From an uncultured Clostridia bacterium (GTDB lineage: Bacteria > Bacillota > Clostridia > TANB77 > CAG-508), in NCBI GenBank assembly GCA_934169725.1, contig CAKPOF010000003.1:112637-176636 (forward strand): a DNA stretch of 64,000 bases, in the 5' to 3' direction. The position numbers and the translations under genes were made by a program. Each line of letters starts with the position of its first letter. Position 1 is the stretch's first letter. Positions 30,392 to 39,808 of the stretch are shown one piece after another. The notes beneath the pieces are model-generated. The model saw only the letters and a list, made by a program, of their open reading frames with translations, was not told where the DNA came from and made no database searches.

Positions 30392-31399
30392 ATGATACAA
30401 ATAGAAAATAAAGATGGAAATAATTTTGGGAAAATATATGGGGACACAAAAACTGCTATTCCAAAAATAAAAGCAATAGGAATAGGCGGTGGTGGAAATA
30501 ATGCTGTCAGACAGATGATAGAAGACAATGTAAAAGATGTTGAATTTTATTTTATAAATACAGAACTTGCTATGTTAAACAAAACAAGAATGGATAATGT
30601 TTTACAAATAGGTAAAGAAACTACCAAAGGATTAGGAGCAGGAGCTAATCCAGCAATGGGAGAAAAAGCAGCATTAGAAAGCAAAGAAGATATAAAACAA
30701 TTATTACAAGGTACAAGTTTATTATTTTTAACTGCAGGAATGGGCGGAGGCACTGGAACAGGTGCAATACCAGTTGTTGCAGAAGTAGCTCAAGAAATGG
30801 GAATCCAAACAATTGCAATTGTAACAAAACCATTTATATTTGAGGGGAAAATGAGAGCGAGCAGAGCTGAAAATGGAATTGAAAAATTAAAACAACATGT
30901 AAATAGTTTGATTTTAATTTCAAATGATAAATTATTACAAATTGCTGGAAATAAAAAAATGAGTATTATAGATGCTTTTAAAATGGCAGATAATGTTTTA
31001 GAACAAGGAATAAAAAGTATAACTGATTTAATTACATCTGTAGGAGATGTTAATGTTGACTTTGCTGATATTTCTACAATGCTTAGATATAAAGGAATGG
31101 CTTATATGGGAATAGGTGAAGCGTCTGGAGAACTTAGAATTATTGATGCAGTAAATCAAGCGATTAATAATCCGCTTACAGAAAATAAAATTAATAATGC
31201 AAAAGGTGTAATATTTAATGTTAGAGGAAGTTCAAATTTGGCATTAAGTGAAATTAGTGATGGAATTGCTAAAATAAATGATTTAATTAGTGCAGAAGCA
31301 AATGTTGTTTTTGGTACAACTACAGATGAATCTTTAGATGACAAAGTAGTTGTTACAGTCATTGCTACAGGCGTTGATGAAGGATACAATAATAATTAA
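30392..31399 (+). CDS. FtsZ-family tubulin-like GTPase that lacks the C-terminal linker and conserved tail peptide (a paralog of ftsZ?)
   Basis: [17 protein letters not shown] and NxDFAD motifs. It ends right after the core (..[12 protein letters not shown]). It is not in a dcw cluster context. Confidence 0.75.
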   Translation: MIQIENKDGNNFGKIYGDTKTAIPKIKAIGIGGGGNNAVRQMIEDNVKDVEFYFINTELAMLNKTRMDNVLQIGKETTKGLGAGANPAMGEKAALESKEDIKQLLQGTSLLFLTAGMGGGTGTGAIPVVAEVAQEMGIQTIAIVTKPFIFEGKMRASRAENGIEKLKQHVNSLILISNDKLLQIAGNKKMSIIDAFKMADNVLEQGIKSITDLITSVGDVNVDFADISTMLRYKGMAYMGIGEASGELRIIDAVNQAINNPLTENKINNAKGVIFNVRGSSNLALSEISDGIAKINDLISAEANVVFGTTTDESLDDKVVVTVIATGVDEGYNNN

Positions 31400-31513
31400 A
31401 ATATGATTACTATTTTGCTTGATAATAAAGTAATTCAATATATATTTATTGAAACTAAACGAACATTAGAGAGAGCAAATTGGAGCAAAATAGAAAGGTA
31501 TAAAGGGATGTTT

Positions 31514-32065
31514 ATGAATGAAGAAGTAATATTAGCAAAATCCGCAAAAGATAAAATAATAGAGTATGTGACATATTTTTTTATATATTCATTTCTTGGT
31601 TGGATAATAGAAACAATTTATGCAATATTTGTGCATGGACATTTTGTAAAAAGAGGTTTTTTATATGGTTCAATATGTCCAATATATGGTTTTGGTGCTG
31701 TCTTATTAATAATTGTAACAAAAAAATTATATAAAAATGCTTTTTTAAGATTTTTGATAGCAACAATAGCATTTACAACATTTGAGTATATTGTATCTGT
31801 TGTTTTAGAATTAGTATTTCAATTAAGATGGTGGGATTATTCAAATGATTTTTTAAATATAAATGGAAGAGTAAGTTTACCATATGCAGTTTTCTGGGGA
31901 TTTATAGGAATAGTAATGTTAGAAAAAATACATCCACATGTACAAAATAAAATACAAAAAATAACTAAAAAGAGTAATAAAGTACAATTAATATCAAGTA
32001 TTATATTTGTTATTCTGTTGATATTAGATACTGTATTATCTACAATAAAATATTTAGAAATATAA
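31514..32065 (+). CDS. Polytopic membrane protein (PF06541/'putative ABC-transporter type IV'-like), a paralog of the gene at 35153
   Basis: FLGWIIETIYAIF...RWWDYSN...NINGRVSL is shared with the 35153..36085 product. Confidence 0.6.
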   Translation: MNEEVILAKSAKDKIIEYVTYFFIYSFLGWIIETIYAIFVHGHFVKRGFLYGSICPIYGFGAVLLIIVTKKLYKNAFLRFLIATIAFTTFEYIVSVVLELVFQLRWWDYSNDFLNINGRVSLPYAVFWGFIGIVMLEKIHPHVQNKIQKITKKSNKVQLISSIIFVILLILDTVLSTIKYLEI

Positions 32066-32124
32066 AAGAACAAAGAAGAGGAATTTTTTCCATTTCTTTG
32101 CTCTTTTATTATATACTAGAAAAT

Positions 32125-32175
32125 TAGTCGAAAACTTAAATCGGCAAGAACAAAGGGCGACCTAAAGTCACTTTG
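32125..32175 (+). repeat. Repeat family B, copy 1 (51 nt)
   Basis: tagtcgaaaacttaaatcggcaagaacaaagggcgacctaaagtcactttg. It is 47/51 identical to the reverse complement of 49475..49525. Confidence 0.75.
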
Positions 32176-32238
32176 TTGTGTATACATATTTTACATAAAA
32201 ACATATTATATATAAAATGTAATAAAGGAGGGAGATTT

Positions 32239-32817
32239 TTGGAATTAACGGGAAAAAAGGTAGGTTTTGTATTAACAGGATCATTTTGTACATTTAAGAA
32301 AGTGATACCCAAAATAAAAGAAATGATAAAATTAGGAGCTGATATTTTGCCAATAATGTCATTTAATAGTTACAATTTGGATACAAAATTTGGAAAAGCG
32401 GAAGATTTTATAAATGAAATAGAAGAAATAACTAATAAAAAAATAATTCATACTATAACCGAAGCTGAACCAATAGGACCTAAAAAAATGACAGATATTA
32501 TGGTTATAGCACCATGTTCAGGAAATACTATGGCAAAATTATCATGTGATATTATAGATACACCAGCTGTGATGGCTGCAAAATCACACTTAAGAAATAA
32601 TAGGCCTTTGGTTATAGCACCGTCAACAAATAATGGATTGAGTGGAAATGCAGAAAATATTGGGAAGTTATTAAATAGAAAAAATTATTATTTTGTTCCA
32701 TTTAGACAAGATAACCCAATTACTAAGCCGCGTTCTATTGTTTTTGATGCTGAATATATAATAAAAACTATTAAATATGCATTAGATGGAGAACAAATAA
32801 GTCCAATATTGATATAA
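32239..32817 (+). CDS. dpaB: Dipicolinate synthase subunit B (SpoVFB/DpaB flavoprotein)
   Basis: GKKVGFVLTGSFCT...IAPCSGNTMAKL...YFVPFRQDNP closely matches Bacillus SpoVFB. TTG start after RBS aaggaggga. No dpaA gene is adjacent. Confidence 0.8.
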   Translation: MELTGKKVGFVLTGSFCTFKKVIPKIKEMIKLGADILPIMSFNSYNLDTKFGKAEDFINEIEEITNKKIIHTITEAEPIGPKKMTDIMVIAPCSGNTMAKLSCDIIDTPAVMAAKSHLRNNRPLVIAPSTNNGLSGNAENIGKLLNRKNYYFVPFRQDNPITKPRSIVFDAEYIIKTIKYALDGEQISPILI

Positions 32818-32908
32818 GCAAACATTTTTTTGCAAAACATATTGACAAAGAAAAAATGTTCGTATATAATACAAACATAAGCGAACAAGTATTCTTTGGA
32901 GGTGTGTT

Positions 32909-33202
32909 ATGAAAAGAATTAAAAATAAATTTATAAAAAATGTGGTAATATTAATGTTAATCATTATAAGTATGGTTATTATATTGATAAACAAAACATA
33001 TTCTGAATGTAAAGAAAATTATAAATTATCATATATAACTAAAGGAGATACATTATGGAAAATAGCAGAAACCGAAGTTAAAAATAACCAATATTTTAAA
33101 AATAAGGATGTTAGAAATGTAATATTAGAAATAAAAAAAGTAAATAATTTGACTAATAGTAATTTGTCAGAGGGAATGCAAATAAAAATTCCAACATATT
33201 AA
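32909..33202 (+). CDS. Small membrane-anchored LysM domain protein
   Basis: N-terminal transmembrane segment. LysM-like ITKGDTLWKIA...MQIKIP. Confidence 0.6.
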   Translation: MKRIKNKFIKNVVILMLIIISMVIILINKTYSECKENYKLSYITKGDTLWKIAETEVKNNQYFKNKDVRNVILEIKKVNNLTNSNLSEGMQIKIPTY

Positions 33203-33326
33203 AATAAATTTGAAACCTTTTATTTCATAAGATAAAAGGTTTTTCGATTTGTTCTATATTTATTAACTATTGTACAAAAAAAACACTTATGATAAAATAC
33301 AAGAAAAAAGAGAGGAGAATATTGTT

Positions 33327-35102
33327 ATGAGTGATAAAACCAATAAATATGACTGGGATTTAACAGAATTATTTAAAGATAAAGAAGATTTTTATAGAGC
33401 AATAAATATAGTAAGTGAAAAGATTGAAACAATAAAAAAATATAAAGGAGTTTTATGTAATAGTTCAGACAATTTATATAATTGTTATAAAATCTATGAA
33501 GATATATTAATTGATTTTGATAAAATATATTCATATGGAATGTTTTCATATCACTTAAATATGGCAGATCAAGATGGAATAAAATTATTTAAAGAAGTAG
33601 AAAAATTATCTACAAATTTTGGAACAGCTATTTCTTTTATAACACCTGAAATTACATCAGCAGAAGAAAATGTAATAAATAAATACATAAATGAAGATAA
33701 TAGACTTGAGAAATACAAAAGAGATATAAAAGATATATTGGAAAAGAAAAAACATATTTTAAGTAAAGAAGAGGAAAATTTATTAGCAAGTTATTCTGAA
33801 GTATTTTCAGCCCCTGAAAACATTTTTGATATATTAACAAATGCAGAATTTAAATTTGGAAAGCTAATAGATGAAGACGGAAAAAGTGTAGAAATGACAG
33901 ATGCAACATATACAAAATATTTAAAAAGCAGTAATGTAGAAGTTAGAAAACAAGCTTTTGAATTAATGTATAAAAAATACAAAGAATATATAAATACAAT
34001 TACAGAAATATATTTAGCAAATGTAAAACAAACAGCAATAACATCAAAATTAAGAAAATATAAATCTTCATTAGAAAAAGCAACAGTATATGATGATTCA
34101 AGTATAAAAGTATATGAGGTATTAATGCAAGGTGTAAATGAAGGAATAAATATTAATTATAGTTTTATTGAATTAAAGAAAAAATTATTAAAGAAAAAAG
34201 AATTTCATATGTATGATTTATATGTAAACCCATTTGAAGTAAAAAAAGATAGTATATCATTTGAAGATGCAAAAGAAGAAGTGAAAAAAGCATTAGCTAT
34301 ATTAGGAGAAGAATATAGTCAAATGTTAGAAAAAGCTTTTGAAAATAATTGGATAGATGTATATGAAAAACCAAATAAAAGAGGAGGAGCTTATAGTTCA
34401 GGTGTCTATGGAGTACATCCATTTGTTTTAATGAGTTTTACAAATAATAAAAGAGATGTAAGTACTATTGCTCATGAATTAGGGCACAGTATGCATTCAT
34501 ATTATTCTAGTAAAAATCAAAATATAATTGATTCCAATTACACAATAATGGTTGCAGAAGTTGCATCAACAGTAAATGAAATATTACTTAGCGAATATCA
34601 AATAAAAAATGAAACAAATAAACAAAAAAAGGCAGAACTAATTTATGAGATATTAGAGATGATACGAGCTACATTTTATAGACAATCAATGTTTGCTGAA
34701 TTTGAAAAAAAAGTACATGAAAAAATTGAAAAGGGAGAAATGTTATCAGCTGAAGATTTAAATAATATATATTATAAATTAAATCAAAAATATTTTGGAA
34801 ACAGTATACATATAGATGATGAAATTAAATATGAATGGGCTAGAATACCACATTTTTATTCTGATTTTTATGTATATAAATATGCTACAGGAATATCAGC
34901 TGCTATATGTATAGCAACAAAAATTTTGAATAAAGAAGAAGGATTTGTAGAAAAATATATAAATATGTTAAGTCAAGGATGTACAAAAAAGTCAATAGAA
35001 TTATTAAAAATGGTAGATGTAGATTTAGAAAATATAAATACATATAGGATAGTATCACAATATTATAAAGATAAAATATCAGAACTAGAATCTTTGATTT
35101 AA
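33327..35102 (+). CDS. pepF: Oligoendopeptidase F (M3B family)
   Basis: HELGHSMH zinc motif. Start at the ATG after RBS agaggagaa. Confidence 0.88.
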   Translation: MSDKTNKYDWDLTELFKDKEDFYRAINIVSEKIETIKKYKGVLCNSSDNLYNCYKIYEDILIDFDKIYSYGMFSYHLNMADQDGIKLFKEVEKLSTNFGTAISFITPEITSAEENVINKYINEDNRLEKYKRDIKDILEKKKHILSKEEENLLASYSEVFSAPENIFDILTNAEFKFGKLIDEDGKSVEMTDATYTKYLKSSNVEVRKQAFELMYKKYKEYINTITEIYLANVKQTAITSKLRKYKSSLEKATVYDDSSIKVYEVLMQGVNEGININYSFIELKKKLLKKKEFHMYDLYVNPFEVKKDSISFEDAKEEVKKALAILGEEYSQMLEKAFENNWIDVYEKPNKRGGAYSSGVYGVHPFVLMSFTNNKRDVSTIAHELGHSMHSYYSSKNQNIIDSNYTIMVAEVASTVNEILLSEYQIKNETNKQKKAELIYEILEMIRATFYRQSMFAEFEKKVHEKIEKGEMLSAEDLNNIYYKLNQKYFGNSIHIDDEIKYEWARIPHFYSDFYVYKYATGISAAICIATKILNKEEGFVEKYINMLSQGCTKKSIELLKMVDVDLENINTYRIVSQYYKDKISELESLI

Positions 35103-35152
35103 ATTGGTTTATAGGTATCCAAAAAACCTAAATAATAAAAAAGGGATAAAAT

Positions 35153-36085
35153 ATGAGCGAGAAAGAATTAGAAAAGGATAGGACAAATGTTAAAGAAAAA
35201 ATTGAAAAAATAAATGAAGCACAAAATAATAGTTCAGAAATAAAGGTAAAGAATAAATTAAATATAAATGGGATAAGTATATGGAGAATTTTGGCATATT
35301 TTATAATATATAGTGTAGCTGGATATGTTATTGAAACAGTTTATGGAATGGTAACAAAAGGTGTTTGGGAAAGTAGACAAAGTTTTTTATATGGACCTTT
35401 TTGTGGAATATATGGACTAGGTGCAGTGGTAATGATTGTATGTCTGCACAAAATTCCTAAAAAATTTAATGCATTATTTTTGGGAGGTTTTATTGTTGGA
35501 TCAATTGTTGAGTATATCGTAAGTTTTGTAGGAGAAATGTTACTTGGATTAAAATGGTGGGATTATTCTAATATGCCACTTAATATTAATGGAAGAATTT
35601 GCGTGTATTATTCAATATTTTGGGGATTTTTAGGTATATATTTGATAGCATCTCTAAATCCTAAAATAGATAAAATAATAGACTGGACAAAGAGTAAATT
35701 TAAAACATATAAGGGATTAAAAACATTTGTAACGACAGTATGTATATTGTTATTAATTGATTGTATATCTACAGCATTTGCACTTGAATTTTTCTTGGTA
35801 AGAATGATAGTTAAATATGATTTAAATGTTGAAAATAGAGATATTATCCAGCAACAATATGATAAAATTTATAATAATGAGAAATTATCTAATTTTATTT
35901 ATAAATTTTGGGGAGATAAGAAGATGATACGAACATTTCCCAATATAAAGATAACAGATAAAGAACAAGAAATTATATATATGGATAGTTTATTACCTGA
36001 TATACAACCATATTATACAAAAGTGCATGTAAAAAATTTTAAAAATAGTGAAGAAGTTGAAAAAATAATACAAGATTTGATGTAA
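35153..36085 (+). CDS. Polytopic membrane protein (PF06541-like), a paralog of 31514..32065 with N- and C-terminal extensions
   Basis: Shared core YSVAGYVIETVYG...LKWWDYSNMPLNINGRI. Confidence 0.6.
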   Translation: MSEKELEKDRTNVKEKIEKINEAQNNSSEIKVKNKLNINGISIWRILAYFIIYSVAGYVIETVYGMVTKGVWESRQSFLYGPFCGIYGLGAVVMIVCLHKIPKKFNALFLGGFIVGSIVEYIVSFVGEMLLGLKWWDYSNMPLNINGRICVYYSIFWGFLGIYLIASLNPKIDKIIDWTKSKFKTYKGLKTFVTTVCILLLIDCISTAFALEFFLVRMIVKYDLNVENRDIIQQQYDKIYNNEKLSNFIYKFWGDKKMIRTFPNIKITDKEQEIIYMDSLLPDIQPYYTKVHVKNFKNSEEVEKIIQDLM

Positions 36086-36151
36086 AGTTTGACACTGAAG
36101 TGTTTAGTGGTGTATAATTTTATGAGTTTTTAAGAGTAAAGGAATGTAAAA

Positions 36152-36916
36152 ATGTTAAATCAATTTTCAAGAACAGAATTATTAATAGGAAAAGAAGAAA
36201 TAGAAAATTTAAAAAATAAAAAAGTTGCCATCTTTGGTATTGGAGGAGTTGGTTCTTTTGTTGTAGAAGGACTTGTAAGAGCTGGAATAGAAAAATTTGT
36301 ATTAATTGATGATGATAAAATTTGCTTAACAAATTTAAACAGACAAATAATTGCAACAAGAAAAACAATAGGAAAATATAAAGTTGAAGTAGCAAAAGAA
36401 AGAATATTAGATATTAATCCAAATGCAAGTGTTGAAATATACAAAGAATTTTATATGCCAAGTTCAAATGTAGAGATTATTAAAGATGATTTATCATATG
36501 TAGTTGATTGTGTGGATACAGTTACAGCTAAAATAGAAATAATAAAAAAGGCTAAAGAATTAAATATTCCAGTTATATCAGCAATGGGGACAGGAAATAA
36601 AATGGATCCATCAAAATTTGAAATAACAGATATATACAAAACAAGTGTATGTCCATTAGCCAAAGTAATGAGAAAAGAACTAAGAAAAAGAAATATAAAG
36701 AATTTAAAAGTTATTTATTCTAAGGAAGAACCAATAAAACCAAACAATGAATCTAATAGCAGTTGCAAAACAAATTGTATATGTCCACCAGGAACAAAAA
36801 GAAAATGTTCGATAAGAAATCAAGTTCCTGGTAGCATATCATTTGTTCCTTCTGTAGCAGGATTGATGATTGCTGGAGAAATTATAAGAGAATTTATAGG
36901 AAAGAGTGGTAAATAA
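36152..36916 (+). CDS. tcdA: ThiF/MoeB-family E1-like protein, tRNA threonylcarbamoyladenosine dehydratase TcdA/CsdL-like
   Basis: GIGGVGSF Rossmann motif, ...LIDDD...NLNRQ. Confidence 0.8.
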   Translation: MLNQFSRTELLIGKEEIENLKNKKVAIFGIGGVGSFVVEGLVRAGIEKFVLIDDDKICLTNLNRQIIATRKTIGKYKVEVAKERILDINPNASVEIYKEFYMPSSNVEIIKDDLSYVVDCVDTVTAKIEIIKKAKELNIPVISAMGTGNKMDPSKFEITDIYKTSVCPLAKVMRKELRKRNIKNLKVIYSKEEPIKPNNESNSSCKTNCICPPGTKRKCSIRNQVPGSISFVPSVAGLMIAGEIIREFIGKSGK

Positions 36917-38074
36917 ATGAACAAAAAAAGCATTTATTTGGATTATGCTGCCAATACACCAGTAGATAAAGAAGTATTAGAAGTATTTAATGATAATACT
37001 TTGAAATATTTTGCTAATCCAAATTCAACTCATCCATTAGGAATAGAAGCTAATAAAAAAATACAAGAAACAACTGAAAATATAATGCAAATGTTGCAGA
37101 AAGAAACTAATTTGGATAAAGATACAGAAATTATATATACATCTGGTTCAAGCGAATCAAATAATTTAGCAATAAAAGGCATAGCTAATACATATAAAGA
37201 AAATGGAAGACACATTATATCAACTTTTTTGGAGCATTCTTCTGTTAGTAGTCCATTAACATATTTAAAAGAGCAAGGATATGAAATTGATATTGTAAAT
37301 ATAACTAGTGATGGAAAAATAGATATAAATCATCTTAAAAGTTTATTAAGAGAAGATACAATTTTGGTTTCGATTTGTTATGTTGATAGTGAACTAGGTA
37401 ATGTGCAACCAATTGAAAAAATAAAAAATATAATTAAAGATTATCCAAATTGTTTTTTACATATAGATGCAACTCAAGCTATTGGAAAAATAAAGGTAGA
37501 TTTAAAAGATATTGATTTAATATCATTTGCTCCCCATAAATTTTATGGGATAAATGGTTCAGGTGTACTTATAAAGAAAAAATCAATAGTATTAGAACCA
37601 TTAATTAATGGTGGAGCAAGTACAAGTATATATAGAAGTGGAACACCAGTAATTGGACAAATATGTGCATTAGATAAAGCATTAGAAAAAACATTTGATA
37701 AATTCAATGAACGTTATGAATATGTAAAAATGTTAAATAAGAAAGTAAGAGAAAATTTATTAAAATATGAAAATGTTCAAATAAACACAATTACAGAAGA
37801 AAATCCATTTATATTAAATGTAAGTGTTAATAATATAAAAGCAGTAGATTTTAAAACTAAATTAGAAGAGTATGGTATATGTGTTTCTATAAAATCTGCA
37901 TGTACTGTAACAATTACACCATCAAGAATTGTAATGTCAATGACACATAATAGAAAAAGGGCATTATCATCTTGGAGAATTAGTTTTAGTCATTTAACAA
38001 CAGAAGAGGAAATTGAAGAATTTTTAAATATTTTTGAAAAAAGTTATAATTTTTTTAAGAATAATAATTCATAG
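36917..38074 (+). CDS. Cysteine desulfurase (class V aminotransferase, NifS/IscS-like)
   Basis: IYLDYAANTP N-terminus and a PLP-lysine region (FAPHKFYG). Confidence 0.82.
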   Translation: MNKKSIYLDYAANTPVDKEVLEVFNDNTLKYFANPNSTHPLGIEANKKIQETTENIMQMLQKETNLDKDTEIIYTSGSSESNNLAIKGIANTYKENGRHIISTFLEHSSVSSPLTYLKEQGYEIDIVNITSDGKIDINHLKSLLREDTILVSICYVDSELGNVQPIEKIKNIIKDYPNCFLHIDATQAIGKIKVDLKDIDLISFAPHKFYGINGSGVLIKKKSIVLEPLINGGASTSIYRSGTPVIGQICALDKALEKTFDKFNERYEYVKMLNKKVRENLLKYENVQINTITEENPFILNVSVNNIKAVDFKTKLEEYGICVSIKSACTVTITPSRIVMSMTHNRKRALSSWRISFSHLTTEEEIEEFLNIFEKSYNFFKNNNS

Positions 38075-38107
38075 TATAGAATTTTAGCAATTATTGAGGT
38101 AAGGAAT

Positions 38108-38932
38108 ATGGAAAGATATAAGGAAATAGAAAAAAGTATAATTACAACATATAGAAAAAAGATATGGAGCAAATTTATAAAAGGAATTAAAGAATTTGAA
38201 ATGGTACAAGAAGGAGATAAAATTGCTGTATGCATTTCTGGAGGAAAAGATTCAATGTTACTAGCAAAGTGCATGCAAGAACTAAAAAAACATAGACAAG
38301 TTAATTTTGATTTGGTTTTTCTTGTAATGGACCCAGGATATAATCCAATAAATAGGCAAAAAGTAATTAGTAATGCGCAATTATTAAATATTCCAATAAC
38401 AATATTTGAAAGTAACATATTTGAAGTTGTAGAAAAAATAGATGATCACCCATGTTATGTATGTGCAAGAATGAGAAGAGGATATTTATATAAAAAAGCT
38501 CAAGAATTAGGTTGTAATAAAATAGCATTAGGACATCACTTTGATGATGTTGTAGAAACAATTTTAATGGGAATGCTATATGGTGCACAAATGCAAACAA
38601 TGATGCCAAAATTACATAGTACATATCATGAAGGAATGGAATTGATAAGACCATTATATTATGTTAAAGAAGCAGATATTATAAGATGGAAAGAAAGAAA
38701 TGATTTACATTTTATACAATGTGCTTGTAGATTTACTGAACATTGTACTATGTGTGATAATGGTGGTGGAGGCTCAAAAAGAGAAGAAATGAAAAAACTC
38801 CTAAAACAATTGAGAAGCGTTTATGATAAAGTTGATATGAATATATATAATAGTACCAAAAATGTAAACTTAAATACAATTATTTCATATGTAAAAGATG
38901 GAAAAACACATCATTTTATGGATAATTATTAA
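38108..38932 (+). CDS. PP-loop ATPase, TtcA-like tRNA 2-thiocytidine synthetase family
   Basis: SGGKDS PP-loop plus two CxxC motifs (CYVCARM, CTMCDNGGG). Confidence 0.75.
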   Translation: MERYKEIEKSIITTYRKKIWSKFIKGIKEFEMVQEGDKIAVCISGGKDSMLLAKCMQELKKHRQVNFDLVFLVMDPGYNPINRQKVISNAQLLNIPITIFESNIFEVVEKIDDHPCYVCARMRRGYLYKKAQELGCNKIALGHHFDDVVETILMGMLYGAQMQTMMPKLHSTYHEGMELIRPLYYVKEADIIRWKERNDLHFIQCACRFTEHCTMCDNGGGGSKREEMKKLLKQLRSVYDKVDMNIYNSTKNVNLNTIISYVKDGKTHHFMDNY

Positions 38933-39018
38933 AAAAGTATTGGAATTTAGGCTTTTTTGTTATATAATCTAAAAAAATAAATGAAATATTGCTTAAATAA
39001 ATAGATGGTGGTAAATAT

Positions 39019-39660
39019 ATGAACAATAAAGAAATGTTTGAAGAAAAGACAGATGAAGAATTAATCAAATTAATACATGATGGGGATAATGATGCATTAG
39101 AAACATTGATTACAAGATATGAAAGTATAGTAAAAAAATTATCAAATAATTTTTTTATAACAGGTGCAGAACAAAGTGATGTTTTTCAGGAAGGGCAAAT
39201 TGGACTATATTCTGCTATAAAAAATTTCAAAATTGAAAATAATGCAAAATTTAAAACTTTTGCAATTTTATGTATAAAAAGAAAATTAATAACAGCATTA
39301 AAAAACTCAAATAGACAAAAACAAGTTATTTTAAATGATGCAATATCATTAAATGCTTCTACAGGAAATGGATGTGAAGAAAATCCAGAAATGATTGAAT
39401 TTATTAAAGATAGTGTTGTAAAAGATCCATTAGATATTATCGTTGATTATGAATATCAAAATGCGATGAAAAATGCTATTTATAACAAATTAAGTGCAAA
39501 AGAGAAAGATGTTCTTAACGAATACATAAAAGGAAAGTCATATAGTGAAATTGCTACTACATTAAATTGTAAAGAAAAATCAGTAGATACAGCATTAACT
39601 CGAATCAGAAGAAAAGCTAATGAAATACAAAAAGATGTAAATTCAAAATTTTTAAAATAA
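39019..39660 (+). CDS. sigH: RNA polymerase sigma factor SigH (sporulation/stationary phase)
   Basis: Region 2 (FQEGQIGLYSAIKNF) and a region 4 helix-turn-helix. Size and sequence are typical of Firmicutes SigH. Confidence 0.8.
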   Translation: MNNKEMFEEKTDEELIKLIHDGDNDALETLITRYESIVKKLSNNFFITGAEQSDVFQEGQIGLYSAIKNFKIENNAKFKTFAILCIKRKLITALKNSNRQKQVILNDAISLNASTGNGCEENPEMIEFIKDSVVKDPLDIIVDYEYQNAMKNAIYNKLSAKEKDVLNEYIKGKSYSEIATTLNCKEKSVDTALTRIRRKANEIQKDVNSKFLK

Positions 39661-39808
39661 ATAATAAAGTAAAAATAAAGAACTTATTTTTTATAATATA
39701 GAGAGAAATACATATGAAAAAAAGAGTCTATGTTTATCATATAAAAATGTATTAGAATTCAAAAAAGGAATAAATTTAATATTTCTAATTAAGTTTTATG
39801 GGAGAAAT

